Assembly: GCA_029856125.1 (NCBI GenBank)
Contig: JAHQWJ010000107.1
Span: forward strand, 1 to 64,000
Source: Promethearchaeia archaeon
Lineage (GTDB): Archaea > Asgardarchaeota > Lokiarchaeia > Sigyniarchaeales > SOKP01
Direction of reading: 5' to 3'
Length of the DNA: 64,000 nt
Part shown: positions 19,401 through 29,186 of the stretch, one piece after another
How the letters are laid out: each line of letters starts with the position of its first letter
How positions within the stretch are numbered: position 1 is the stretch's first letter
Position numbers and translations under genes: made by a program
The notes under the pieces: generated by a model
What the model was told of the DNA's origin: nothing
What the model saw: the letters and a program-made list of their open reading frames with translations, nothing else
Databases searched by the model: none

Positions 19401-20012
19401 CAAGGTTACATCCTAGAAAATCAGTATTCTGCTGTCGTTATTGATAAAAATGGAAGAGAACTGGAAAATTTAGCTGATCTAATACTTAATATTAATGCCT
19501 TTGAAAAATTGTATGATTTCAGAAATGAGAGTCTTATTGAAAACGATATAGACATAACTATTATCGAGAATCTAAGAAAAAAAGCAAAATCACTAGTCAA
19601 ATGGAAAACTTCCCAATGGAAAACAGAAATCAAAGCTTTAAACGATAAAATCTTCGAAATAGAGCAAAAGAAGAAAGAGAAAATATTTACTCATAATAAA
19701 AGACTACTAGCTTTCAAACTCGAATCCTTAAAATTAAAATTAGAGAAAAAAGAAAGTAAAAAACCGACAGAACGACAACTACTAAATATTAAAAGTATAG
19801 ATGACCCGCAAATAAGGCAAGAACGCCTAGATAAAATCAATAAATTAAAAGAAGAAATACATTTTCTTGAAAAGGATATAGCAAAAGTTGAAATAAAGAT
19901 AGACAATTTAGCTTTCGATTACGACGACTTAAAAACTGATATGAACAAGAGGAATTTAGCTAAATTTTATACTAATTTAGATGCGTTTGCAGAAATTACC
20001 TTTTATGGCTAA
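16407..20012 (+). CDS. SNF2-family helicase/ATPase, RapA/HepA-like
   Basis: [61 protein letters not shown]; N-terminal CxxC...CxxxxC; C-terminal coiled coil. Confidence 0.88.
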   Translation: [1201 protein letters not shown]

Positions 20013-20094
20013 ACACGATTTTGAGATAAGCAAGAAATGTATTTAAATGAACTTCAATATTATTTACTAATAATAATTTCCGGCTCTAAATATC

Positions 20095-20973
20095 ATGAAA
20101 ATAAGTAGTCAATTTATCAACACTCCATTAAAGGAATATAAGGTTCAAGTTGATTGGCGGAGTATTATGAATTATGCTGCAGCCGTAAATGATGATAATC
20201 CAAAATATTTTAATGATGAGAGCGAAAGTGGTATTGTAGCTCATCCTATGTTTCCTGTGGCGGTTACCTGGCCTATAATGGAACACATATCAGATTACAT
20301 TTATTCAGATAACTTTCCTATAAGAATATTTGCCACAGTAGTCCACTATTACGAACACTTGAAAATTTATCGTTTAATTAGACCCAATGACGAGATTAAA
20401 GTCCAAGGTAAAATTATCGCTATTTTACCTCATAGAGCTGGAACTCACGTTACACTTCAACTAGATGCTACAGATAAAAACAATAATCTCATATTTACTG
20501 AGTACAACGGTGGAATGCTAAGAGGCGTAAAATGCTTGGGAGGTGGTAAAGGGGAGGAATCACTTCCTATACGCACAATCCTTAAAAGCGAGGATGAACC
20601 TGTTTGGAAGAAAAGTGTATATATTGATAAATTAAGATCTTTTGTGTACGATGGTTGTACTGACATAGTTTTCCCTATTCACACGTCAAAAAAATTTGCT
20701 CATTTTGTGGGGTTGCCAGATATTATCCTGCAAGGCACTGCAACATTGGCTTTTGCTGTAAAAGAAATTCTTAATCACGAATCAGATAGAGACCCAAATA
20801 GAGTGCGAGAGATTGTATGTAATTTCTCAGGCATGGTCAATCTTGATTCAAACATATCGATTCAAGTGAAAAAGAAGAAAGAAACAGGAAACAGTAAAGA
20901 AATCTTTTTTGAGGTTTATAATCACGAAAATCAAAAAGCGATAAGAAATGGGTATATCTTATTAAAGAAATGA
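20095..20973 (+). CDS. MaoC-type double hotdog (R)-enoyl-CoA hydratase/dehydratase
   Basis: YAAAVNDDNP, D..FPIHT..FAH..GLPDIILQGTAT. Confidence 0.75.
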   Translation: MKISSQFINTPLKEYKVQVDWRSIMNYAAAVNDDNPKYFNDESESGIVAHPMFPVAVTWPIMEHISDYIYSDNFPIRIFATVVHYYEHLKIYRLIRPNDEIKVQGKIIAILPHRAGTHVTLQLDATDKNNNLIFTEYNGGMLRGVKCLGGGKGEESLPIRTILKSEDEPVWKKSVYIDKLRSFVYDGCTDIVFPIHTSKKFAHFVGLPDIILQGTATLAFAVKEILNHESDRDPNRVREIVCNFSGMVNLDSNISIQVKKKKETGNSKEIFFEVYNHENQKAIRNGYILLKK

Positions 20974-21045
20974 TTTCAACAGCTATAAGCGAACACAATT
21001 CAACACGATAATTAATTAGAAAAAAGAAGTAGTAATAAGAATTTA

Positions 21046-22497
21046 TTACTTAACTTTTTGTAGAGCGTCTTTTAGAGTTAGTTCGAAGTTTTCTAATATA
21101 AAATTGGTATCTTCTTCCGTAACAACTAAAGGAGGTTTGATTTTTGTTACGTTCCTTCGTCTTAGTTTACCTGTGGCGGTTAAGATCGGCATACTAGGTC
21201 CTAAATATAAGTTGTGCTTCGGTGCGAGTAAAATCATTTCCTCAGACAGTTCCGTAAAAGGTTCGCGAGTTTCTCTATCTTTCACGAATTCTACTCCAAT
21301 AAATAATCCAGGACCTCTGATATCTCCAATTTCTTCGTATTCTTCTTGCATTTCGAATAATCGTTTAGTGATCTTATTACCCATTTTTTCGCAGTTCTCA
21401 CCGTATTTTGCTTTTTCAATAACTTTAATTGCTGCTAAGGATGTAGCCATTGATAATGGATCAGAGCTAAAGGTGGTGTGCTCTTCCGAAGGACCAAATC
21501 TTTTCTTGATTTTTGGAGATGCAACCAAAACTCCTAACGGAAACCCACCTCCGATTCCTTTAGTAAATGTCATCATATCTGGGGAAACATCCAAGTTCAA
21601 TTCCTTTTGATATCGCTCTGTTATTGTGAAATATTTTCCACATCTCCACATGCTCGTTTGACATTCATCGTAAATTAAAAAGACCTTTTCCTCTTCACAG
21701 ACTTCTTTTAATTTAACCAAAAATTCGGGGGGTGCTGGTATTTGGCCTCCAGCTGCTTGAATTGGCTCAAGCATAATTCCTGCAAATCTTTTTGGTGCCA
21801 TACCAAGTATATAATTTTCTACTAAATCAAAACATTCCAGATTACAGCTAGGATCTTTTTTACCGTTTAATCCACCTTTATAATTCCACATACATCTATA
21901 ACAGTACGGATAAGGCATTCGTGTGAAGTGTTCGTGACCAAAACTAGTGAAACGGTTTACTCCATGCATTGGTTGAGTGGCCGTAGCCATTACTAAAGTG
22001 GAACCGTGATAACCACCCCAAAAAACTCCAAAATGGTCAGCTCCTCTGGATGCCATCATTGCTAATTTGATCGCTGCTTCATTTGCTAACCCTCCACCTT
22101 GATTATTTAACGAAACCCTTCCTCCTTTGAGTTTTCCTGGCGCTAATTCTGCGATTTTATTTACTAATTTTGCTCTAGCAGGAGTTAACACGTTATACCT
22201 TACGTGATTTAGTCTAATCATTTGTTGATAAGCTGCATAATTAACATCCGGGTGTGCAAAGCCGAGAGATAAAGTCCAATTCATGGAAGTTGCATCAAGT
22301 ATCTCTTTTACATTGCCTTCCTTATCAATTACTTTCACCCACGAAGAGCCCGGTTCTTTTGCTTCTATAGCTATTAAAGCTTCATAAAAAGAATTAAGTG
22401 CGTGTTTATCAAACTCTACAAGTTCTTCCTCGTTAATTCCGGATGGAATTCGCTCAATTTCTTCTTTAGTTAAAATTTTAGGTTCAATTTCCTTCAT
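21046..22497 (-). CDS. Class III PLP aminotransferase (GabT/ArgD-like)
   Basis: GGYHGST, EPIQAAGG, DECQTSMWRCG, PDMMTFTKGIGGGFPLG, DIRGPGLFIGVE, KPPL. Confidence 0.88.
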   Translation of the reverse strand: MKEIEPKILTKEEIERIPSGINEEELVEFDKHALNSFYEALIAIEAKEPGSSWVKVIDKEGNVKEILDATSMNWTLSLGFAHPDVNYAAYQQMIRLNHVRYNVLTPARAKLVNKIAELAPGKLKGGRVSLNNQGGGLANEAAIKLAMMASRGADHFGVFWGGYHGSTLVMATATQPMHGVNRFTSFGHEHFTRMPYPYCYRCMWNYKGGLNGKKDPSCNLECFDLVENYILGMAPKRFAGIMLEPIQAAGGQIPAPPEFLVKLKEVCEEEKVFLIYDECQTSMWRCGKYFTITERYQKELNLDVSPDMMTFTKGIGGGFPLGVLVASPKIKKRFGPSEEHTTFSSDPLSMATSLAAIKVIEKAKYGENCEKMGNKITKRLFEMQEEYEEIGDIRGPGLFIGVEFVKDRETREPFTELSEEMILLAPKHNLYLGPSMPILTATGKLRRRNVTKIKPPLVVTEEDTNFILENFELTLKDALQKVK

Positions 22498-22577
22498 AAT
22501 AAATATAATGATATTTTTTTATTTTAAATTAAACTTGAAAGTAAAGTTTTTAAAATTAATGGTATAATCTTTAGATC

Positions 22578-23807
22578 ATGAAACCGTTTTCCTTATTAAT
22601 CAAACCCGCTTCGGCAGATTGTAACCTAAGATGTGAATATTGTTTTTATATAGATCATCTCGAAAATGGAAAAAAAAATCCTCGAATGACTGTTGACACA
22701 TTAGAAATCATGATAAAAAGTTACATGAGTACGGATCAGAACAAACAATACGCTTTTGGATGGCAAGGTGGAGAACCTACTTTAATGGGTTTAGATTTCT
22801 TTAAGAAGGTCGTCGAATTCCAACTGAAATACGCTTCGCCAGGTTCTTCAATTAGTAATGGAATTCAAACTAACGCAACAATAATTACAGAAGAGTTAGC
22901 TAAGTTCTTTGGAGAATACAAATTTCTCCTTGGGGTAAGCTTGGATGGTCCAGAATATCTTCACGATTTTTACAGGAAAACCATTGGTCAGAAGCCGAGT
23001 CATGCGCTAGTGATGCGTGGTATAGAGCGTCTAAAGCAAAATAGCGTTGAATTTAATATTTTAACTTTAATTAACAATCAGACTGTAAAAAAAGCTAAAG
23101 AAATTTATCTTTACCTTTGCGAAATGGGTTTTTATTTCCATCAATATATTCCTTGTGTTGAGTTTAATGAAAATGGTAGTATTAAGCCCTTTTCTATTAC
23201 CGGAGAAGAGTGGGGGATGTTTCTATCCGAATTGTTCGACGAGTGGATAAAGGAAGATATAAATAAGGTATCTATTCGATTATTTGACTCTATTATGGAA
23301 TATTTAGTTTATGGGAGATATAATGTTTGCTATATGCAGGATAACTGTGTTCAATATTTTGTGGTAGAATATGATGGGGGGGTTTATCCATGTGATTTCT
23401 TTGTCAAGGATAATCTAAAATTGGGAAATATTAATAATAATTCATGGGAAGAACTCTATAATTCTCAAACCTATCACAATTTTGGAAATCAAAAATCTAA
23501 TTGGAATGACGAGTGCAATTTATGCCCCTATCTTAACTTATGTCATGGAGATTGCCAAAAATTTCGCTATGGAGCAACAAAGCATTCTAAGCAATTAAGT
23601 AATCTATGTAGAGGTTGGAAAATATTTTATACAAGAAAACTTCCTCGTTTTAAAATTATTGCTGATAAATTTAAGAAAGAAAATAACATAAATGGAATAT
23701 CTTCATTTAAAATACCTAAATTTGGTAGAAATGAGCTGTGTATATGTGGAAGTGGTAAAAAATATAAAAACTGTTGCGGATCGCCTAAAATTGCTAATGA
23801 ACCATGA
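22578..23807 (+). CDS. Anaerobic sulfatase maturase-like radical SAM/SPASM protein with C-terminal SEC-C motif
   Basis: CNLRCEYCFY, WQGGEPTL, VYPCDFFV, CNLC..CHGDC, GRNELCICGSGKKYKNCC. Confidence 0.88.
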   Translation: MKPFSLLIKPASADCNLRCEYCFYIDHLENGKKNPRMTVDTLEIMIKSYMSTDQNKQYAFGWQGGEPTLMGLDFFKKVVEFQLKYASPGSSISNGIQTNATIITEELAKFFGEYKFLLGVSLDGPEYLHDFYRKTIGQKPSHALVMRGIERLKQNSVEFNILTLINNQTVKKAKEIYLYLCEMGFYFHQYIPCVEFNENGSIKPFSITGEEWGMFLSELFDEWIKEDINKVSIRLFDSIMEYLVYGRYNVCYMQDNCVQYFVVEYDGGVYPCDFFVKDNLKLGNINNNSWEELYNSQTYHNFGNQKSNWNDECNLCPYLNLCHGDCQKFRYGATKHSKQLSNLCRGWKIFYTRKLPRFKIIADKFKKENNINGISSFKIPKFGRNELCICGSGKKYKNCCGSPKIANEP

Positions 23808-23925
23808 TAGCATTCTTGTTTCTTAATATTACTTTTTTGTTAGTAATTTCATTAATGCTGGAACCAATAATCAAAAAGTATTTCAATTTTTTTACTTTTT
23901 CATACCTACTGAATACACCATTATC

Positions 23926-25374
23926 ATGAGCGAACTAACAACCCGCCGCGAATTACACGGAAAGCGATTATTTGGATACACTTTTGGAGATTTGGGCTTT
24001 ACTTTACCTAATATGTTTACTGGGGTATTCTTATTCCAATATTATGTTTACACAATAAATTTAAATGCTATATTTGTAGCTGTAGGAGTAACAACTCAGT
24101 TAATTATTGGAGCAATTTCCGCTATTATTTTTGGTGTTATAATTGATAATAAAAAGCCTGGTAAATTTGGAAAACGACGACCATTTCTTCTATATGGATT
24201 GCCTGTATGGGTTATTACATCTATTCTTATTTGGTTCCCTCAAAATTGCCCTCAAGATAATTCGCTTTATTTACCTACGGCAATTTTCTTCTGGGTTGTG
24301 ACTATTGTTAGATCAATTTCTAGATCTCTAATATTTAATGTTTATCTATCAATGCTTCCTGAACAGTCCCAAACATTGAAAAATAGAGAAAAAATTGCTA
24401 GTCTCCAATCTGCCTTTGCAATAATAGCGTCTGTATTCGCTCTACTTCTACCATTAATAGTACAAAGTTTTCTTGAGAATCCTGCAAATGTGAAATGGTG
24501 GGAACCTTCAGGAAAAGTTATTTTATTTTATATTCCTATAATAGGAATCACATTTACGATTATTGGAGTAGTTACCGTGCTATTAATTTACATTTCCGTT
24601 GATGAAAGTTTCCATAATAACAAATCCAATGAAAAAATAGAAAAAACTACAATTATTCAGGCTTTTGCGAGAATGGCTATGCCCGTGAAAGATAGAAATT
24701 ATCTTAAGCTGATTATTTCAAGTTTCTTTATTGGCATTAGCGGTAAAATCGTAGGTCTCCTAGTTTTCCCCTTTCAGACATATGTTATGCATTTTGAATC
24801 CGTTGAATTTTACATCTATATTTTTATCTCGATTTTCGGAAAATTTGCATGGTATTTTATTTGGAAGAAACTACTTAAAAGAAATCATATCCTCTCATCT
24901 TATTCAATTTGTATATTAATAGCCGTTATTTCATCGTTTTTTGATATACTCTTCTTTTTTAGTGGACTTCCTTATGGGATAAAAATGGCATTATATATAA
25001 TATCCTGGAGTACCGTTTTAGGTTCTATGTATGCGTATCCACTGTTTTCTATACCCATTATGGCTTCGCTTGTTCATGATGCAGCTGTTAAGATAGATAA
25101 ATCCAATGTTGACAACGCTATGTCTAAAATTTCCGGCTCTTATTATGGTTTAGCTTCATTCGTTAGATCAATGGGCCCTTCCTTTGCTTCTATCTTTGTA
25201 GGAATTCTTCTTTCTGGTACAAATGAGGAAAATTCTTTTGCTATAACATTTGTTTTTCTTTCAGTTGGTATTTTTTATCTAATTGCCTTCTTTTTTGTAT
25301 CAAGGATTAAACTGTCAAAAGATTCCTATTATAGCAAACAAGAAATAAAAGAAGAAGAAATCTTTTTAGAATAA
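23926..25374 (+). CDS. MFS transporter, glycoside-pentoside-hexuronide (MelB-like) family
   Basis: GYTFGD, IIDNKKPGKFGKRRPFLL, about 12 TM segments. Confidence 0.8.
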   Translation: MSELTTRRELHGKRLFGYTFGDLGFTLPNMFTGVFLFQYYVYTINLNAIFVAVGVTTQLIIGAISAIIFGVIIDNKKPGKFGKRRPFLLYGLPVWVITSILIWFPQNCPQDNSLYLPTAIFFWVVTIVRSISRSLIFNVYLSMLPEQSQTLKNREKIASLQSAFAIIASVFALLLPLIVQSFLENPANVKWWEPSGKVILFYIPIIGITFTIIGVVTVLLIYISVDESFHNNKSNEKIEKTTIIQAFARMAMPVKDRNYLKLIISSFFIGISGKIVGLLVFPFQTYVMHFESVEFYIYIFISIFGKFAWYFIWKKLLKRNHILSSYSICILIAVISSFFDILFFFSGLPYGIKMALYIISWSTVLGSMYAYPLFSIPIMASLVHDAAVKIDKSNVDNAMSKISGSYYGLASFVRSMGPSFASIFVGILLSGTNEENSFAITFVFLSVGIFYLIAFFFVSRIKLSKDSYYSKQEIKEEEIFLE

Positions 25375-25439
25375 TATTTTTATACTTGCTAAAATCAAAT
25401 AATCATATCAATTTAATATTTTAAAAGAGTGATTTTTAA

Positions 25440-27200
25440 ATGACAGTACCTAAATGGTATGTTGAAGATAGTAAACCTTGGTTTAAGAAATACCAAGATG
25501 GCGTCCCAAAACATCCAGAGTTTCCAGTTATTAGTTTAGGAGACTGGTTTGACCAAAAGACTGAGGAATTTGCAAAGAATAAGTGTATTTATTTCTCAAA
25601 AACATTCATGAATTATAGAGTATTGCGAAAATACACAGATTCTCTCGCTACCTCTTTATCACGGCAAGGAGTAAAAAAAGGTGATGTTGTAGCAATTCTA
25701 CTTCCAAATTGTTTCCAATTTACAATAACCTATTTTGCGACTGTTAAGTTAGGAGGAATCGTAATCCCGATTAATCCTACATATAAACCGCTAGAAATCC
25801 TTCATGTACTACAGCAAGTAAAACCTAAGGGATTGATTTGTATGGATGTAATGTATGGCCTTATTAAACCCATACAAGATAAATATAAATTTGATTTCGT
25901 GATTTCTACCTGTATTGTCGATTTAGCTGCGATTCCGCCTGCCGTTAAAGAACAATTAATTGCGGACGGAACAATTCCTAAAGGAGAAGTTCCTGGAGCC
26001 ATAGAATTTTTAGATGTATGCCAAAAACGTGGCGAAGTTGATATTCCCGAAGTGAAAATTGATCCTTTAAATGATCCGGCAGTTTATTTAATGACTGGAG
26101 GAACAACAGGTGTTCCCAAACCTGCTATTATCACTCACTATAACGCTGTTACTAATGCGAAACAAAATGTAATGTGGATGCCTGATGCATCTCACCCAAT
26201 GGCATGTATCGGTATTTTACCCATGTTCCACGCTTTTGGGATGACAATTGTTCAAAATGTGGTAATAGAAGGAGGAGACTTTAACATCCTTTACGCAAAA
26301 AGAGAACTTGACTTAAAAGAAGTTGTTGATATGATTGTAGAGGTTGGTCCTGAAGGGGGCGTTATTCTTCCAGGAGTTGAAAATCTTTTCATTGGTCTAA
26401 CTCGCTACTTAAAAGCAAATCCCGAGCCTAGATTGGAAAACATGTTTCGACTATGTGTTAGTGGTGCGGGACCGCTTCATAAACCCGTAAAGGATGCGTT
26501 TGAAGCAATTAGTAATGGAAAGCTTGTTGAGGCTTATGGACTTACAGAATGTACAACTGCAGTAAGTGTAGGCCCATTTGACGGGACGGATACACCAGGA
26601 ACCATTGGTTTACCACTACCAGGTGTTGATTGGGCTATATTCGATTCAGAAGATTTCAGTAAGGGACCATTACAGGGTTATGGAATCGACTTTACAGGAG
26701 AAATATGTGTTTGCGGTCCACAAGTAATGAAGGGTTATTTAAATAGACCTGAAGCCACAGCAGAAAATTTAAAGGAGTGGGACGGGCGAATTTGGTGTTT
26801 AACAGGAGATATTGGATACATGGATGAACATGGACAAATGGTTATTCGAGATAGAAAGAAGCAAATGATTAAATATAAGGGTTATTCAGTTTTTCCAAAA
26901 GAAGTAGAAGACTTATTAGGATCTCACCCTGCTGTAATGGAAGTAGCAGTTTCTGGGTTGCCTGATGTTGAGACGGGAGAATTAGTAAAAGCATGGGTCC
27001 AATTAGAAGACGAATCAGTGGGTAAAGTTACCTCTGAAGAGCTAATTGTTTGGAGCAAAGAAAATATTTCGCATTATAAATGCCCGAAACAAATTGAAAT
27101 TATAGACGAAATTCCAAAATCTATGGTTGGAAAAGTGCAGAGAAGGGTTTTACAAATCAACGATCCAATCTGGAAAGAGAAATACGGAGAAACTCAATAG
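25440..27200 (+). CDS. Long-chain fatty acid-CoA ligase (AMP-forming)
   Basis: MTGGTTGVPK, EAYGLTE, GPQVMKGY, TGDIG, DRKKQMIK, PKSMVGKV. Confidence 0.9.
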   Translation: MTVPKWYVEDSKPWFKKYQDGVPKHPEFPVISLGDWFDQKTEEFAKNKCIYFSKTFMNYRVLRKYTDSLATSLSRQGVKKGDVVAILLPNCFQFTITYFATVKLGGIVIPINPTYKPLEILHVLQQVKPKGLICMDVMYGLIKPIQDKYKFDFVISTCIVDLAAIPPAVKEQLIADGTIPKGEVPGAIEFLDVCQKRGEVDIPEVKIDPLNDPAVYLMTGGTTGVPKPAIITHYNAVTNAKQNVMWMPDASHPMACIGILPMFHAFGMTIVQNVVIEGGDFNILYAKRELDLKEVVDMIVEVGPEGGVILPGVENLFIGLTRYLKANPEPRLENMFRLCVSGAGPLHKPVKDAFEAISNGKLVEAYGLTECTTAVSVGPFDGTDTPGTIGLPLPGVDWAIFDSEDFSKGPLQGYGIDFTGEICVCGPQVMKGYLNRPEATAENLKEWDGRIWCLTGDIGYMDEHGQMVIRDRKKQMIKYKGYSVFPKEVEDLLGSHPAVMEVAVSGLPDVETGELVKAWVQLEDESVGKVTSEELIVWSKENISHYKCPKQIEIIDEIPKSMVGKVQRRVLQINDPIWKEKYGETQ

Positions 27201-27257
27201 GCCTTATTCAATTTTTTTTTATTTATTAGTTATATTTTTTAATCTTATTTGTACAAG

Positions 27258-27701
27258 TTATTCTTTAAGAGTGTAAATTGTGTCACAATGTAAATCTCCT
27301 GCCGCAACACTTTTAAGAATCTTAAGTTCGATCTTATCGCTAACCGCTTCGCGAAAATACTCGTGGTCGATTGCCATAACGGCTTCGCATAACTCCCTAG
27401 ATGTATTTTCAAGTCCAAAAGGGCACACGGTACCTTGAATGTGAAAAATTTCATCTGAACTAGAAATTATTTTAACAAAATTCGGATCAAAGCTCTTCGA
27501 AAAAGCCCGTGCTACAGTTGTTAATTTATTATCTGGTAACTTTTTCATTACTTTTAAGCCTAAAGCACGACCTTGTGTTCCACAAACCTTTTCTATAATA
27601 GGTAGTGCTTCCTTTCCGAATTTTTTATAAAATTCTTTTATCAATAGACCTTGAGCTTCTATTGGATTACTCGGCAATTTTTCTGAATTTTTTTGCCCCA
27701 T
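27258..27701 (-). CDS. Small V4R/ATC-hydrolase-like protein
   Basis: CPFG..LC..D..SVAAGDLHC pattern. Confidence 0.55.
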   Translation of the reverse strand: MGQKNSEKLPSNPIEAQGLLIKEFYKKFGKEALPIIEKVCGTQGRALGLKVMKKLPDNKLTTVARAFSKSFDPNFVKIISSSDEIFHIQGTVCPFGLENTSRELCEAVMAIDHEYFREAVSDKIELKILKSVAAGDLHCDTIYTLKE

Positions 27702-27736
27702 TATCTTATCAACCTTAGTAAATATACTTAAGACTT

Positions 27737-28549
27737 CTAATGTTTAATAAAATTGTATTTTCTTCCAAAGTTCTTAAAGTATTTCGTTCCGCCACCCTCT
27801 TGCAAAATCTTAACTGTTGATTTAGAGTCGGTAAAAGTCATCCCTCCAACGATATCCACTCCTTTATCAAATAAAATATCAGGCAAAAAACTAATTGTCG
27901 GTCCTATTAATACAATGCATTTAGCTCTCTTTCTAAATATAGATAATATCCCTTCTAGAGTATTGTTGATTAACGAGGTCCCAGTGCAAAAAAGAATATC
28001 TACTGGTAAATCGCTTTCCTTTAAATCTTCAATATCTTTTAGTATTGGGATATTTTGATAAGAACCCTTAATCAAAGGATTGTTATCAATTATGTTAATG
28101 AATTTTGTTTTGTTCAAAATCTTTCTTATCATAGGTTTCATGAAACCAATGAAGAGTATTTTTGTATCTTGCTTTATTTTTAAAAAATCTACTAAATCTC
28201 CTTCAATCTCTTTATATGGGGATTTCACTGCTAAAATATGTTGAGATGCAGCATTTAAAGTTGCAATACCAATAATTCTTTCTAAACTAGGAGGTTGATA
28301 TGACCAACTCATTAATTCCTTAAAAGACTTATTAGTTAAGTTTCCTGCAAAATCGATATTGGTACAATTTGTTGATCGTATAATGTTGGGTAGAGTAGAG
28401 GCTAATCCTAAAAAAGGATCATAAGCGTAACTGATTAACTCGACACCCGTATACCCTAAGCCGAGAATCACTTTACTTACTTTTGGTGGTAAAATTTTAC
28501 GATATTTGTAGATATCTAATACGAGTTTAACGGTATTCTCTAAAATCAT
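27737..28549 (-). CDS. DUF364/DUF4213 Rossmann-like protein
   Basis: IGIATLNAASQ, FIGFM.P, TGTSLINNTL, IGPT..P..LF..GVDIVGG. Confidence 0.75.
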   Translation of the reverse strand: MILENTVKLVLDIYKYRKILPPKVSKVILGLGYTGVELISYAYDPFLGLASTLPNIIRSTNCTNIDFAGNLTNKSFKELMSWSYQPPSLERIIGIATLNAASQHILAVKSPYKEIEGDLVDFLKIKQDTKILFIGFMKPMIRKILNKTKFINIIDNNPLIKGSYQNIPILKDIEDLKESDLPVDILFCTGTSLINNTLEGILSIFRKRAKCIVLIGPTISFLPDILFDKGVDIVGGMTFTDSKSTVKILQEGGGTKYFKNFGRKYNFIKH

Positions 28550-28680
28550 AAAATTTCAACCTTGTATTCTCTTATTATCTTCTTTTTATTATGTTTAATA
28601 ATCTTATTGTTTATTAAAACTCTGTTTAAATATGAAAGGTAATTATCTAATGTAATATTCCTTATTTTAGTGATTATTCT

Positions 28681-29061
28681 ATGGATTACATAATTATTGA
28701 AAACGAGAAAATTGGTCAAATCAAAGCTAAATTACTGGTTGACAAAAATCCTGAAACCTGTAAATCAATATGGGAAAATCTCCCTTTTAAATTGAACTTA
28801 TCTAGGTGGGGCGAAGAATTGTATGGGGAAATCCCCGTCTCAATTGGTGAGGAAAATTCACAAGTTGATTGTGAAGTAGGTGATATTGGATACTGGCCTG
28901 ATGGGAAAGGATTCTGCATCTTTTTTGGCCCTACTCCCGCGAGTAAGGATGACAAACCAAAGGCAGCATCTCCAGTGAACCTCTTTGCCAAAATTGAAGG
29001 AGATTCCAATATATTTAACCAATTTTCATCCTTTAAAGGAATGGCAAGAAAAGGAAATTAA
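28681..29061 (+). CDS. Cyclophilin-like fold protein (DUF369/TM1367-like)
   Basis: LPF..RWGEELY, GDIGYWPDGKGFCIFFGPTP, ASPVN. Confidence 0.8.
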   Translation: MDYIIIENEKIGQIKAKLLVDKNPETCKSIWENLPFKLNLSRWGEELYGEIPVSIGEENSQVDCEVGDIGYWPDGKGFCIFFGPTPASKDDKPKAASPVNLFAKIEGDSNIFNQFSSFKGMARKGN

Positions 29062-29186
29062 AGAATTTCTAATTTTTCTAAGAAATAAGACTTTTAAAAA
29101 TTGTACTAGACCATTATTATTTATCAATTAAATTAACGTATTATACAAAAAGAGAAAAGAAAAAAAAGAATTTCTTCATGGTGTTT

